Assembly (NCBI RefSeq): GCF_963921235.1
Contig: NC_086109.1
Coordinates: forward strand, 10,108,001-10,172,000
Direction of reading: 5' to 3'
DNA from: Mobula hypostoma
Taxonomy: Eukaryota
Length of the DNA: 64,000 bases
The position numbers were made by a program, and so were the translations under genes. Below are positions 1-12,790 of this stretch, one piece after another. The notes beneath the pieces are model-generated. The model worked only from the letters and a program-made list of their open reading frames with translations, did not search any database and was not told where the DNA came from. Numbering within the stretch: position 1 is the stretch's first letter; every line of letters begins with the position of its first letter.

Positions 1-177
1 TAGTAAGTATGCGAAAGTAACAAGATATAGTGAAAAACTTTGTCTCACATGCCATGCCCATAGATTATTTCTTTACAACAGTGCATCAAGATAGTACACG
101 GGAAGAGCAATAACAGAATGCAGAATTCCTCCCACATTCCAAAGACATATGGACCTGCTCCTAAATTTCTTAATTAG

Positions 178-458
178 GGGATTTTAACTGGATAAAGGAA
201 AGGAAAGGTACGTCGCATCCGGAGTTTCTCCGGTTAGCGGACAATTTCCCTCCACGCCTCTCTGACGTAGTGGGGAACTGCACATGAGGCAAGTTACAGC
301 GGTGGTTTGCCATTGCCTTCTGCTGGGTGAGTTTCCAAAGAGACTACCAGCTCGTAACCCAGCACGGATGGTAAGTGTGCAGGGGAGCCGGCTGGACTCG
401 AACTCGGGACCTTTCGTCCCAAAGTCCGGCACTGATGCCACTATGCCACCAGTCGGGA
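178..458 (-). mobile_element. tRNA-headed SINE with RTE-type motif
   Basis: Minus strand has A box TGGCATAGTGG, B box GAGTTCGAGTCC, the RTE/BovB-like motif GAAGGCAATGGCAAACCAC and a (CCTTT)n tail. 9-bp TSD CTTAATTAG at 169-177 and 459-467. Confidence 0.8.
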
Positions 459-1199
459 CTTAATTAGATAAATTTTGAAATGCCCAGAATCATAATCATG
501 TTTATTATCACTGATCTATGTTGTGAAAATTGTTTTGCTGTACAGTTTAATACATAAAAAGTACTATTAAATTACACTAATAAAAATATACTTACATAAA
601 GAAAAAATACAAAAAAAAAATAAGTAATGCAAAAAAGAGCAAAAATAGTGAGGTAGTGTCCATGGGTTCGTTATTCATTCAGAAATCTGATGGCGGATAC
701 CCATGATAAAAGTGATTTCTCCCCACAGAAACATTCCATATGGATGTACAGAAACATTGTCTGCATACTTCACAAACAACAGGGCAATCAGTTCAGTGAC
801 CAAAACAACTGCAGAACCTAAAGTTTCCAGCTGCATTACCAGAAGGCACAAGGTTTCCACGTCGGAAGGAACAGACACAGGATGATGGCAGGAAACAGTA
901 GGAACAAAGTAAATTCCTAATTTAAATTTGGCCTTCCGCCACTTTATTTTGGCCCTCACTTAGCTGGAGGATGGCATTTGATGTCTATTTCAAAAATTAA
1001 AGATTAGCTTTATTTGTTACATCAGAATCAGAATAATATTTTTGTAAATTGTCCTGTGATTGGTCTAGGGATTCATCATGGGTTGCTAGGCAGCACTGCT
1101 TGAAGAGCCGAAAGGACCTATATCACTGTACCTCAAAAATATTTTTAAAAGTCAATAAATTGATTGTGGTTTGGTGCCTTAACTCTCTCTCCATCTCTG

Positions 1200-1965
1200 A
1201 TTCCTCAATGAGGACTGGTGCGTTCCCATGTCTCAATCTTTCTGAAGACCAAAGAACTGACTTCAGGAAGGGTAAGATGAGGGAACACACACCAGTCCTC
1301 ATAGAGGGATCAGAAGAGGAGAGAGTGAGCAATTTCAAGTTCCTAGCTGTCAATATCTCTGAAGACATAACCTGCACCCAACATCTTGATGCAGCTATAA
1401 AGAAGGCAAGACAGCGGCTATATTTCATTAGGAGTTTGAGGAGATTTGGTTTGTCACCAAAAACAATCACAGATTTCTACAGATGTACTGTGGAGAACAT
1501 TCTGACCGGCTGCATCACTGTCTGGTATGGCGGTGGGACTACTGCTCACGACTGAAGTAAGCCGCAGAGATTGGTAAAATTAGTCAGCTCCATCATGTGT
1601 ACTAGCCTCTGTAACGTCCAGGACATCTTCAATGAGCGATGCCTCAGAAATGTGGTGTCCATCATTAAGGACCCCTTCCATCCAGGATATGCCCTCTTCT
1701 CATTATTACCATCAGAAAGGTACACACGCTCAACGATTCTGGAACGGCTTCTTTCCTTCTGCCATCTGATTTCTGAATGGACATTGAACCCATGAACATT
1801 ACTTCACTACTTTTTAATTTCTATTTTTATTTTGTACTACTTACTTAATTTAACTATTTTATATACTTACTGTAATTGACAGATTTTTTCACTATATTAT
1901 CATGTATTGCATTGTACTGCTGCTGCAAAGTTAACATATTTCACCACATATTAAACCTGATTCTA
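1200..1965 (+). mobile_element. Rex1/Babar-like non-LTR retrotransposon 3' fragment (degenerate)
   Basis: ORF 1049..1555 contains ERVSNFKFLAVNISEDI..KKARQRLYFIRSLRRF..FYRCTVENILTGCITVWYG (RT C-terminal region), followed by an AT-rich 3' UTR. Confidence 0.8.
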
Positions 1966-2349
1966 AACAAACAACACAATAACAATGAACAATTCACAAG
2001 ACAATAGTGCAAACAGCCATAAGCAATCGACAGTTAGCACAATGCACAAATGTCAATAATCAAACTTAAATAAATGTGAACATATGAACAGTCTCAATAA
2101 TTGTCGACGGAACAAGGAGAGCAGGAAAGACCAGGTAATGGATGTTGTGTGGGGACGGCCAGGGTATTACACCTGAGTGAGTTTTGATGAGAAGCTGGAT
2201 AGTTACAGGAAGGAAGCTACATCTACAGGGATAGCTACATGTACCTCGTAACATTGACTCATAAAGTGATATGCATCATTTGTTTCAAATCAAATCAGTG
2301 AAGACTGAGCTGGGAGCTGCACACATGCATCACCGTGCTTCCAGTGCCC

Positions 2350-2515
2350 TAACCCGTAAGTCTTTGGAAGGTGGGAGGAAATCGGGGCACCTGGAGGAAA
2401 TCCACCGGGCACAGGGAGAATGTACAAACGGCTTGCAAACAGCAGTGTGATTTGAGCCCCAATCGGTGATTGCCAGCGCTGTATAACAATGGTGCTAACC
2501 GCTGCACTACCAAGC
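2350..2515 (-). mobile_element. V-SINE (HE1-like); similar copies near 8170-8310(-), 29290-29580(+), 29630-29920(+), 34190-34320(-), 51490-51735(+), 57740-57945(+)
   Basis: tRNA-like head plus V-domain core TTTGTACATTCTCCCTGTG..GGATTTCCTCCAGGTGCCCCGATTTCCTCCCAC..TCCAAAGAC. Confidence 0.75.
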
Positions 2516-2609
2516 CGTCCCAGTTGAGAAGAAGTGCATTAAACACATTAACTTAAGTAGCTCTGAGCCCTCGGATTTATAACCTTTGATACATTTGTTC
2601 TTTCCTCAG

Positions 2610-2699
2610 GCCGATCTCGTCAGTACAATCGGTGAAAGTGCGGCCCTTGGAGCAGCGGGCATCGTGGTTTGGGAAAGCACAAATACAACTACCAATAAG
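2610..2699 (+). CDS. Hyaluronidase (GH56; SPAM1/PH-20/HYAL4-like), penultimate 90-bp coding exon
   Basis: Acceptor tttcctcAG|, donor |GTAAG, phase 0/0. Encodes ADLVSTIGESAALGAAGIVVWESTNTTTNK, matching the conserved DLVxTIGESAALGAAGxVxW 30-aa exon of vertebrate hyaluronidases. Confidence 0.95.
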
Positions 2700-2754
2700 G
2701 TAAGATTTGCCATTCATGCTTATCAAAGTCATAGACAGTTGAGTTCTCTTTTCC

Positions 2755-3160
2755 ATAGAACATGGCACGAGCCCCTCAGCCCATGGTGTTAGGCTGACCT
2801 TTTAACCAGCTCTGCGATCAACCTAATCCCTACCTCCCACATAGCCCTTCATTTTCCTTTCATCCATGCTCCTATTAAATGTCTCTACCACCACCCCTGG
2901 CAGCACATTCCATGCACCCACCACTCTCTGTTAAAAGAAAACTTACCTCTGACATCCTCCCTGTACTTCCCTCCAATCACCAGAAAATTAGGCCCCATTA
3001 TGTTAGCCATTTCCACCCTGGGAGAAAGTCTCTAGCTGCCCACTGTATCTATGCCTCTTATCATCTTGTACACCTCTATCAAGTCACCTCTCATTATCCT
3101 TCGCTCCAGAGAGAAAAGCCCTAGCTCACTCCTACTATTTGTATAGGACTTGCTCTCTGT
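2755..3160 (-). mobile_element. CR1 LINE 3' fragment in the hyaluronidase intron
   Basis: Degenerate ORF2 C-terminal and 3' UTR sequence similar to the other CR1 copies in the window. Confidence 0.7.
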
Positions 3161-3732
3161 CGCAGCCGGCATAATTCACTAACTCTGACCTGTACGTCAT
3201 TGCAATGCGGGTGGAAACTGGAGCACCCGGAGCACTGAGTCCAACAACACCAGATTCAGGAACAGTTATTACCCTCCAACCATCAGTCTCCAGAACCAAC
3301 GTGATAACATCTCAACGCTGAACTGATTCTGCAACCTACAGACTCACTGTCACAGATTCTAACACTCATGTTTGTAGTATTATTATTTTTAACTATTTTC
3401 ACATTTTGTCTTCTTTTGCACATTCGTTGCTTACAAGTCTTTGTTTATGTATAGTTTTTCTCCACACATTCTATAGTCTTCTTTTTTTGCTGTAAATGCC
3501 GACAAGAAAATGAATCTCAGGGTAGTTTATGGTGCCATACTTTAATAATAAATTTACTTTGGATTTACATTTGACTTTGACTTTCCACATCCCATCATTC
3601 ACTTTGAACTTTAAAACGCACGTGGTCATGGCGAGAACATACAATCTCTTTACAGATAATGGTGGGGGTTGAACCCTGATTGCTAGCACTGTAAAGCATT
3701 ACGTTAACCGCTATGCAACTGTGGCACCCTTT

Positions 3733-4221
3733 AGGCTGATTTATACTTGTGCGTCAACTGGACGCCGTAACCTACGCAAGTGGCCTACACACATTGTGAG
3801 CATTTTTCCTTGTGCGCTGATGTGTCTGCGTCACTCTGCAATTCGGGTACGTCATGCATGCACACACACCTGCCCATCCGAGGCTTCATGGTCATGGTAG
3901 TCTCTCTCGGGATAAACAAGTTTAAAGCAAGCATCTTTTTTCGTGAAAGCAAAATGCGTCCTCCATAATTTCGGAGATCTGTAAAGCTTCCTTCCCTGCC
4001 CCTCAGTCGCCCAATAGGAAGCTATTGTAGCATAGAGGAAATGTGCTGCTACCAAGCAGACCAATCACAGTTGTTGTGGTTTGCGTTGCCATGACGCATA
4101 GTTACACTTTGGAAGAGGTGCACGTCAGGCTACGGCGTAGGGATCCGCGTGGACTCTGCGTAGGGTTCGCGGCGACGCCGTACCTACGGCGTCGAGTTGA
4201 TGCACAAGTATAAATCAGCCT
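3733..4221. mobile_element. MITE, PIF/Harbinger-like
   Basis: About 27-bp TIRs AGGCTGATTTATACTTGTGCGTCAACT / AGTTGATGCACAAGTATAAATCAGCCT, TTT/TTA flanks, internal palindromes, no transposase ORF. Confidence 0.8.
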
Positions 4222-4573
4222 TTATTCTGATACATATCCTCACTCAGCGTTATTAATTATTCATTATTAATTTGTTTTTCTTTTTTGGATTTGCACTTTT
4301 GGTTGTCTTTTGCACGTTGTTGTCTGTCTGTCTTTGCTGTGTGTAGCTTTTCATTGACTCTATCGTGCTTCTTTGTACTTGTTGTGAAATGTCTGCAAGA
4401 AAATGAATCTCTGGGCAGTATATGGTGACTTATAGGTACTTTGATAATAAATGAATTTACTTATGTACTTGTGCGTATGACAATAAACTTGACATTGATG
4501 TCCACATCCCATCAGTGCTGCGGAATACTGGAGTTGTACCACTGCTCACACAACTCTTCCTTCTCTCCCACAG

Positions 4574-4867
4574 CATACCTGCAACGTATTGCAGAGTCAC
4601 GTCCAGGACCTCCTGAACCATTACGTCTTGAACGTGACCCATGCTGCAAGGCTGTGCAGCAAGAAGCTGTGTGACAACAATGGCCGATGCCTGAGAAAAC
4701 ACTGGGACTCCGACAGCTACCTCCACCTGAACCCCAGCAACTTCAAGATCCATAGGGAGGCAAATGGCCACCTGGTGGCAAGGGGCCAGGCCTCCGTGGA
4801 GGATCTGCACTACCTCTCGGAGAAGTTCACCTGTCAGTGTTATGTTGGGAAAGCTTGCAACTTTTAG
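4574..4867 (+). CDS. Hyaluronidase terminal coding exon (HyalEGF-like domain)
   Basis: Acceptor ttctctcccacAG|, phase 0. Encodes HTCNVLQSHVQDLLNHYVLNVTHAARLCSKKLCDNNGRCLRKHWDSDSYLHLNPSNFKI..SEKFTCQCYVGKACNF*. The YLHLNP and SEKFxCxCY motifs resemble PH-20/HYAL4. Confidence 0.95.
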   Translation, partial: HTCNVLQSHVQDLLNHYVLNVTHAARLCSKKLCDNNGRCLRKHWDSDSYLHLNPSNFKIHREANGHLVARGQASVEDLHYLSEKFTCQCYVGKACNF

Positions 4868-4882
4868 TAACACTGACAGTGC

Positions 4883-5557
4883 TCCAACATGTTTGTCCAT
4901 GGCCTTCTCTACTATCAGGATGAGGTCACACTCAGATTGGAGAAGTAGAACCTCCTATTTCTAGGTAGCCTCTAATCTGATGGCATAAATATCAATTCCT
5001 CAAACTTCTGGTAATTTCTCCACTCTTCCTCTTCTCTCTTTTACCGTTCCCATCATTTTCATTCTGGTTCCCTCTCACCTCCTCTCTTCTTCTTAACTGC
5101 CTATCACCACCCTTCTTCCCTTTCTCCCCTGGTCCATAAGAACATAAGTAATAGGAGCAGGAGTAGGCCATCTGCTCAACCATCCAATAAGATCATGGTT
5201 GATCTGGCCATTGAAATCATCTCTATCTACTTGCTTTTTCCCCGTAAGCCTTAATTCCCCAACTATGCAAAATACTATCCATTCTTCTGGGGGATCCACT
5301 CTCCTCTCCTATAAGATTCCTTCTTCTTCAGTACTTTACCTCTTCTACCTATTAACTCCCAACGCCTCACTTCTTCAGCCCCCTCCCCCACCCACCTTCC
5401 CCTTCACCTGCATATGTACTCCTTCCCCTCCCCCACCTTCTTATTCTGGCTTTGGCCCCCTTCCTTTCCAGTCCTGAAGACGGGTTTCGGCCCAAAACGT
5501 TGACTGTTTATGCCCTTCCAGCTGCCTGACTTGAGCTCCTCCAGCGTTTTGTGTGTC
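4883..5557 (+). mobile_element. Penelope-like element 3' fragment (GIY-YIG C-terminus plus pLTR with decayed hammerhead)
   Basis: Remnant HGLLYYQDEVTLRLE, a pyrimidine-rich spacer, and a hammerhead-like AGTC-CTGAAGA-..-AAAACGTT-GACT at 5470-5505. A short CR1 tail piece is inserted at about 5135-5265. Confidence 0.75.
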
Positions 5558-8500
5558 TTGCAGAGGAATATTACTAAAGCTCACGCATTCCCCAAGAAAC
5601 ACACTTCAGCAAAATGTTACAAGTAACACAGGAAATGCTGGAGGTACTCAGCAGGTCAGGCTGCGCCTATGGAGAGGAAAACAACATCAATGCTTCAGGT
5701 CATCAGAAATACACTGTAGCAGGGGCTCCCAACTTTTTCTATGCCATGGAGCTTTACCATTAACTGAGGGTGCGCAGACCTCAGGGTGGGGACTCCTGCG
5801 TTATAAGGATAAAAAGTCCTTTAAGCTGTGGAGTAAGCCTGAGACACGGGAATAGAGAGATCAGAAGGAAGAATCTACAACAGGGTAAAGCTCTGGAAAG
5901 ACTGAATGACAGGAGAGAGTGAGAGGGCAAATGGTGAATATTGGTGATTAATAAAAGGTGTATCTGGGAAGTAAACACCAAATCCCATTAAATGAGATTT
6001 GGCAGAAATTATTCAATCTTGGGGAAAAGCATTTTGAAATATTTAAGAATCCATAGTATAAATGTTAAGATCATGAGATCATAAGGCATAGGAGCAGAAT
6101 TAGGCCATTCAGCCCCTTTAGTCTACTTCACCATTCCATCATGGGTGATTTATTTTCCCTCTCAACCCCATTTAAAGGCATTTCCTTCTGGTGAAGTTAG
6201 GAAACATTTCTGCACGCAATGGTTGATAGAAATTTAGAAGTCCCTTTCACAAAGGCTAATTTTTCATGTAAAATTTGATATTGATGTAATTTCATAGCCA
6301 AAGGGACTGTTGACATGATCATCGGAACACCCATAATCTAAAGAATTAACTGAAGGTAATGAACGTCCCGCACCTCCTATTCCTCTTCTCTAGTGTGTAG
6401 AAAGGGACCATATGGCCCATTGAATACATGCCAGCTCTTGGAACTATCTTACAATTCCTATTTCCCCATTAATTTCCCTCGAAGTCATTCTCTGAGATAG
6501 ACTCATTAACTCTCCCATCATTCTCCTGCCATCCAATTTACAGCGACAAAGTAACCTATCAACCAGCCCGCTTTTAGGACGTAGGAGGGAAACGTAGTTC
6601 CTGGACACAATCCACAGAGTCAGAGGGAGTAACTGGAAGCTCCACGCAAGGGCACTGCGGTTGGTATTGAACCTGAATCATGGGAGCTGTGACAACATGA
6701 GGCTACTTAGCAAGCTGAGGACACGTGGTATTACATGAAAGATACCAGCATGGATAGAGCATTGACTGATTGGCAGGAGGCAAAGAGAGGGAATAAAGGT
6801 AGCCTTTTCTGGATGGCTGCCAGTGACTAGTGGTGTTCCACAGGGATCTATGTTGGGACTGCTTCCTTTTATGTTCTATGTTAATGATTTGGATGATGGA
6901 ATTGATAGTTATGGTCTTATAGTCTAACTTTACTTACACACCAGAAGGCAGGAGAATGGGGTTGATGCAGACCCAATGGGCTGAATAGTCTAATTCTGCT
7001 CCTATGTCTTAAGGTCTTACTATTGAACTAAGCAGTCCAATGTAGCGTGGAGCCAAATTCACCCGGGAAAAGCAGCATCAGTCCCCAGTCCTTGCTGTTT
7101 TATGATCCTCGTTTCCCAGTACTATCTGTGTACCTAACTCATGGACAGAGCACCACTCATCGCTGACTGCGTGGGGGTGTGTACAGGACAGCAAGCACAC
7201 AGGAGATGGGTGAATAGGTCTTGGTATGAGTCAGGACACAGCCAGTAAAGCATTGTATTCAAAGAACACTGTATACAACACAAGAACAGATTCTGATATT
7301 AGTTCTTAAAAAAAAACATGTTGCTAGAGGAACCCAGCGGGTCATTCAGCCTCTATGGAGAAAGATGGACAGTCGACATTTAGGGTCGGGACCATTCATC
7401 CACACAGACTTTGGTCTTAACCCAAAAGGTTGCACGTTCATTTACCTCCACAGATACTGCCTAACCAGCTGAGTTCCTCCAACAGCTCATCTTATTGATC
7501 TGGACTACTGAGTCCACATTCCATATCTCTGGAAGGCATGGGATCACTTGGATATCTATCTCCAGTGGTTTCCTTGATCTCCAAGGGGCGTTTTATTATG
7601 ACAGGCATTATGTAAACATTATTACTATTAATTTGTTGTATTGTATGTTGAAGAACCAATTTCAGAGTGATTTCTAAGTGATTCCCTGCAACCTTATGGT
7701 ATCACGTTAGAACATCAGAACCAAGGTCAGGCCATTCACCCTCCAGTACCAATTCTGCCATTCAATAAGATCAGTTCTGATCTTTTACCTCCTATCCTTC
7801 CTGCACCATCCCATTATCTACTGATTTCCTCAATATTTCACCATCCATTGATCTCGGTTTTGAGTGTACTACATGCTGAGCCTCCACCAGGTGATAAAAT
7901 TTCACTCCATTCAATGAATCAATGTTGTAGTTCTCTTCGACGCGCTCCTGGGGCATTGGCTCTGAGCTGGCAGCTCCTTCGCTCGTTCTGCCAGGTATTA
8001 ATGAGGGAACTGGGAGGTGTTGGCCTAAAGATTAAAGGTTAGCTTTATTTGTCACACGTACATCGGAATATACAGAGACGTGCGTCAATTGCTCCAACGA
8101 CCAGCACAGTCTGAAGATGGGCTGGGGGCAGCCCTCAAGTGTCTCCATGCTCTCAATGCCTACAATTTACTAACCCCGATGGAATGCAGGAGGAAACTGG
8201 AGCACCTGGAGGAAACCTACATAGTCGTGGGGAGAATGTACAAACTCCTTACGGACAGTGACAGGTGTTGAACTCCAGTGCTATAAAATGTTACGCTAGC
8301 CTCTACGCTATCATCATGGTACAGCCTCGGCAGGTTTCTGGCCACGTCAGCGTCCACGGTCATTGGGTCACACTCTGTGTGAATGACGATTGTTTTACTC
8401 TCATTCGCAACATCTCTGCATCAGACGTTAACAAGTTCAAAGCCATTATGGTTGCATTAATTTATTTAGTTTTATTTTTATATGAAGAAATTTTATATTT

Positions 8501-9089
8501 AAATGATTCAAAGTGCATTTATTATCAAAAGAATGTATAAATTATATAACTTTAAGAATTGTTCGCTGACAAGTAGCCACAAAGCAAGAAACCAGAAAGG
8601 ACCCAGTCAAAGATAAACAAATAAATGTAAAGACCAACACCCGATGTGCAAGAGAAAGGGGAAAAAAGACAAATCATGCAAACAATTGAAGCAAATGATA
8701 GTGTATATTACAAATGATATTTTTATGCACAAATGCATATTTTGGAGAAATCAATGTACTGATTTTCAATCTATCTTGGACCAAATAAAATATTTGTCAA
8801 ATAGTTTTCAAATCTGTCTGAGTTATTGTTCCTGACTGAGAAACAGTTGCATAAGTACCTGATGGAAGTATCCATCGTTAAGGACCCCATCACCCAAAGC
8901 ATGTCCTCTTCTCCTTACCACCATCAGGGAGGAAGTACAGGAACCTGAAGGCACACACACACATTCAAAGTTTAAGAACAGCTTCTTCCCCTCCACCATC
9001 AGATTTCGGAATGGACAGTGAATCTGTGTACATCACCTCACCTTTCTCTCTCTATCTTAGCTTTCTTTTTTCGCCACTTATTTCAGATT

Positions 9090-9654
9090 ATGAGAACACT
9101 CAGTCCTCTTTTATTGTCATTTAGAAATGCATGCATGCATTAAGAAATGATACAATGTTTCTCTGAAGTGATATCACAGAAAACAAGACAGATCAAAGAC
9201 TAACACTGACAGAACCACATAATTATACCATATAGTTACAGCAGTGCAAAGCAATACAATAATTTGATGAAGAACAGTCCAGAGACACAGTAAAAAAAAA
9301 GTCTCAAAGTCCCCGAGTCGATCGACTCCCGAGTCCCTGATAGCAGGCGGCAAAAGGGAGAAACTCCCTGCCATAAACCTCCAGGCACCGTCAACTTGCC
9401 GATACCTTGGAAGCAGCTGACCACAGCCGACACTGAGTCCATCAGTCCGAAAACTCTGAGCTTCCGAGCAGCCTCTCCGATACAGCCTCCCGAGCGCCAT
9501 CCTCTGCCGAGCGCCTTCGACCTCTCCCCAGCCGCTGAAACACGCAAAGCCGAGGATTTCAGGGCCTTCAGCTCCAGAGATTCCAGTTACCACACAGTAG
9601 CAGCGGTAGCAAAGCAGACATTTCAGAAGTTTTCCAGATGTTCCGTTATGCACT
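9090..9654 (-). repeat. Non-coding interspersed repeat with Rex1/Babar-like 3' end (related types near 22690-23490, 23990-24700, 39540-39930, 59010-59370)
   Basis: GC-rich body plus a tail ending ATGACAATAAA on minus, like the Rex1-type tails in the window. No coding signature. Confidence 0.45.
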
Positions 9655-9753
9655 CATAGAAACATAGAAACATAGAAAATAGGTGCGGGAGTAGGCCATT
9701 CGGCCCTTCGAGCCTGCACCACCATTTATTATGATCATGGCTGATCATCCAAC

Positions 9754-12700
9754 TCAGAACCCTGCACCAGCCTTCCCTCCATACCCCCTGATCCCCGTAG
9801 CCACAAGGGCCATATCTAACTCCCTCTTAAATATAGCCAATGAACTGGCCTCAACTGTTTCCTGTGGCAGAGAATTCCACAGATTCACCACTCTCTGTGT
9901 GAAGAAGTTTTTCCTAATCTCGGTCCTAAAAGGCTTCCCCTTTATCCCCAGACTGTGACCCCTCGTTCTGGACTTCCCCAACATCGGGAACAATCTTCCT
10001 GCATCTAGCCTGTCAAATCCCTTTAGGATTTTATATGTTTCAATTAGAACCCCCCTCAATCTTCTAAATTCCAACGAGTACAAGCCCAGTTCATCCAGTC
10101 TTTCTTCATATGAAAGTCCTGCCATCCCAGGAATCAATCTGGTGAACCTTCTTTGTACTCCCTCTATGGCAAGGATGTCTTTCCTCAGATTAGGAGACCA
10201 AAACTGCACACAATACTCCAGGTGTGGTCTCACCAAGGCCTTGTACAACTGCAGTAGTACCTCCCTGCTCCTGTACTCGAATCCTCTCGCTATAAATGCC
10301 AGCATACCATTCGCCTTTTTCACCGCCTGCTGTACCTGCATGCCCACTTTCAATGACTGGTGTATAATGACACCCAGGTCTCGTTGCACCTCCCCTTTTC
10401 CTAATCGGCCACCAACCAGATAATAATCTGTTTTCCTATTTTTGCCACCAAAGTGGATAACTTCACATTTATCCACATTAAATTGCATCTGCCATGAATT
10501 TGCCCACTCACCCAACCTATCCAAGTCACCCTGCATGCTCTTAGAATCCTCCTCACAGCTAACACTGCCGCCCAGCTTCGTGTCATCCGCAAACTTGGAG
10601 ATGCTGCATTTAATTCCCTCATCCAAGTCATTAATATATATTGTAAACAACTGGGGTCCCAGCACTGAGCCTTGCGGTACCCCACTAGTCACCACCTGCC
10701 ATTCTGAAAAGGTCCCGTTTATTCCCACTCTTTGCTTCCTGTCTGCTAACCAATTCTCTATCCACATCAATACCTTACCCCCAATACCATGTGCTTTAAG
10801 TTTGCACACTAATCTCCTGTGTGGGACCTTGTCAAAAGCCTTTTGAAAATCCAAATATACCACATCCACTGGTTCTCCCCTATCCACTCTACCAGTTACA
10901 TCCTCAAAAAATTCTATGAGATTCGTCAGACATGTTTTTCCTTTCACAAATCCATGCTGACTTTGTCCGATCATTTCACCGCTTTCCAAATGTGCTGTTA
11001 TCACATCTTTGATAACTCACTCCAGCACTTTCCCCACCACCGACGTTAGGCTAACCGGTCTATAATTCCCCGGTTTCTCTCTCCCTCCTTTTTTAAAAAG
11101 TGGGGTTACATTAGCCACCCTCCAATCCTCAGGAACTAGACCAGAATCTAACGAGTTTTGAAACATTATCACTAATGCATCCACTATTTCTTGGGCTACT
11201 TCCTTAAGCACTCTGGGATGCAGACCATCTGGCCCTGGGGATTTATCTGCCTTTAATCCCTTCAATTTACCTAACACCACTTCCCTACTAACATGTATTT
11301 CGCTCAGTTCCTCCATCTCACTGGATCCTCTGTCCCCTACTATTTCTGGAAGATTATTTATGTCCTCCTTAGTGAAGACAGAACCAAAGTAATTATTCAA
11401 TTGGTCTGCCATGTCCTTGCTCCCCATAATCAATTCACCTGTTTCTGTCTGTAGGGGACCTACATTTGTCTTTACCAGTCTTTTCCTTTTTACATATCTA
11501 TAAAAGCTTTTACAGTCAGTTTTTATGTTCCCTGCCAGTTTTCTCTCATAATCTTTTTTCCCCTTCCTAATTAAGCCCTTTGCCCTCCTCTGCTGAACTC
11601 TGAATTTCTCCCAGTCCTCAGCTGAGCCACTTTTTCTGGCTAATTTGTATGCTTCTTCTTTGGAATTGATACTATCCCTAATTTCTCTTGTCAGCCACGG
11701 GTGCACTACCTTCCTTGATTTATTCTTTGGCCAAACTGGGATGAACAATTGTTGTAGTTCATCCATGCAATCCTTAAATGCTTGCCATTGCATATCCACC
11801 GTCAATCCTTTAAGTGTCATTTGCCAGTCTATCTTAGCTAATTCATGTCTCATACCTTCAAAATTACCCCTCTTTAAGTTCAGAACCTTTGTTTCTGAAT
11901 TAACTATGTCACTCTCCATCTTAATGAAGAATTCCACCATATTATGGTCACTCTTACCCAAGGGGCCTCTCACGACAAGATTGCTAATTAACCCTTCCTC
12001 ATTGCTCAAAACCCAGTCTAGAATAGCCTGCTCTCCAGCTGGTTCCTCGACATGTTGGTTCAAAAAACCATCCCGCATACATTCCAAGAAATCCTCTTCC
12101 TCAGCACCTTTAACAATTTGGTTCACCCAGTCTACATGTAGATTGAAGTCACCCATTATAACTGCTGTTCCTTTATTGCACACATTTCTAATTTCCTCTT
12201 TAATACCATCTCCGACCTCACTACTACTGTTAGGTGACCTGTACACAACTCCCACCAGCGTTTTCTTCCCCTTAGTGTTACGCAGCTCTACCCACATCTT
12301 CCCGGCTTATGTCCTTCCTTTCTATTGCGTTAATCTCATCTTTAACCAGCAACGCCACCCCACCTCCTTTTCTTTCATGTCTATCCCTCCTGAATATTGA
12401 ATATCCCTGAAAGTTGAGCTCCCATCCTTGGTCACCCTGGAGCCATGTCTCTGTGATCCCAACTATATCATAATCATTAATAACAATCTGCACTTTCAAT
12501 TCATCCACCTTGTTACGAATGCTCCTTGCATTGACACACAAAGCCTTCAGGTGCTCTTTTACAACTCTCTTAGCCCTTATACAATTATGTTGAAAAGTGG
12601 CCCTTTCTAATGCTTGCCCTGGATTTGTCGGCCTGCCACTTTTACTTTTCTCCTTACTACTTTTTGCTTCTACCCTCACTTTACACCCCTCTGTCTCTCT

Positions 12701-12790
12701 GCACTGGTTCCCATCCCCCTGTTGTGAACTAACCTCCTCTCGTCTAGCCTCTTTAATTTGATTCCCACCCCCCAACCATTCTAGTTTAAA
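9754..12790 (-). pseudogene. CR1-A ORF2 (APE endonuclease + reverse transcriptase), disrupted
   Basis: Motifs NARS, ITETW, MGDFN, SDH, QHGF, GVPQGSVLGP, FADD. Compared with the intact copy at 35281-38184 it has an 11-bp deletion near 12294 and a TCA>TGA stop at 11017-11019. Confidence 0.93.

Noticed and set aside
395..458. tRNA-like sequence (also at 28268 and 63157)
   Set aside because: SINE heads: A/B boxes present but no complete cloverleaf, and they continue into SINE bodies.
703..885. Acceptor-like ccccacAG and short ORF in the hyaluronidase intron
   Set aside because: No hyaluronidase similarity in any frame. The large catalytic exon is expected upstream of the window.
11645..12400. 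251-aa plus-strand ORF and similar antisense ORFs over CR1 copies
   Set aside because: Shadow frames of ORF2 codon bias; no recognisable domains.
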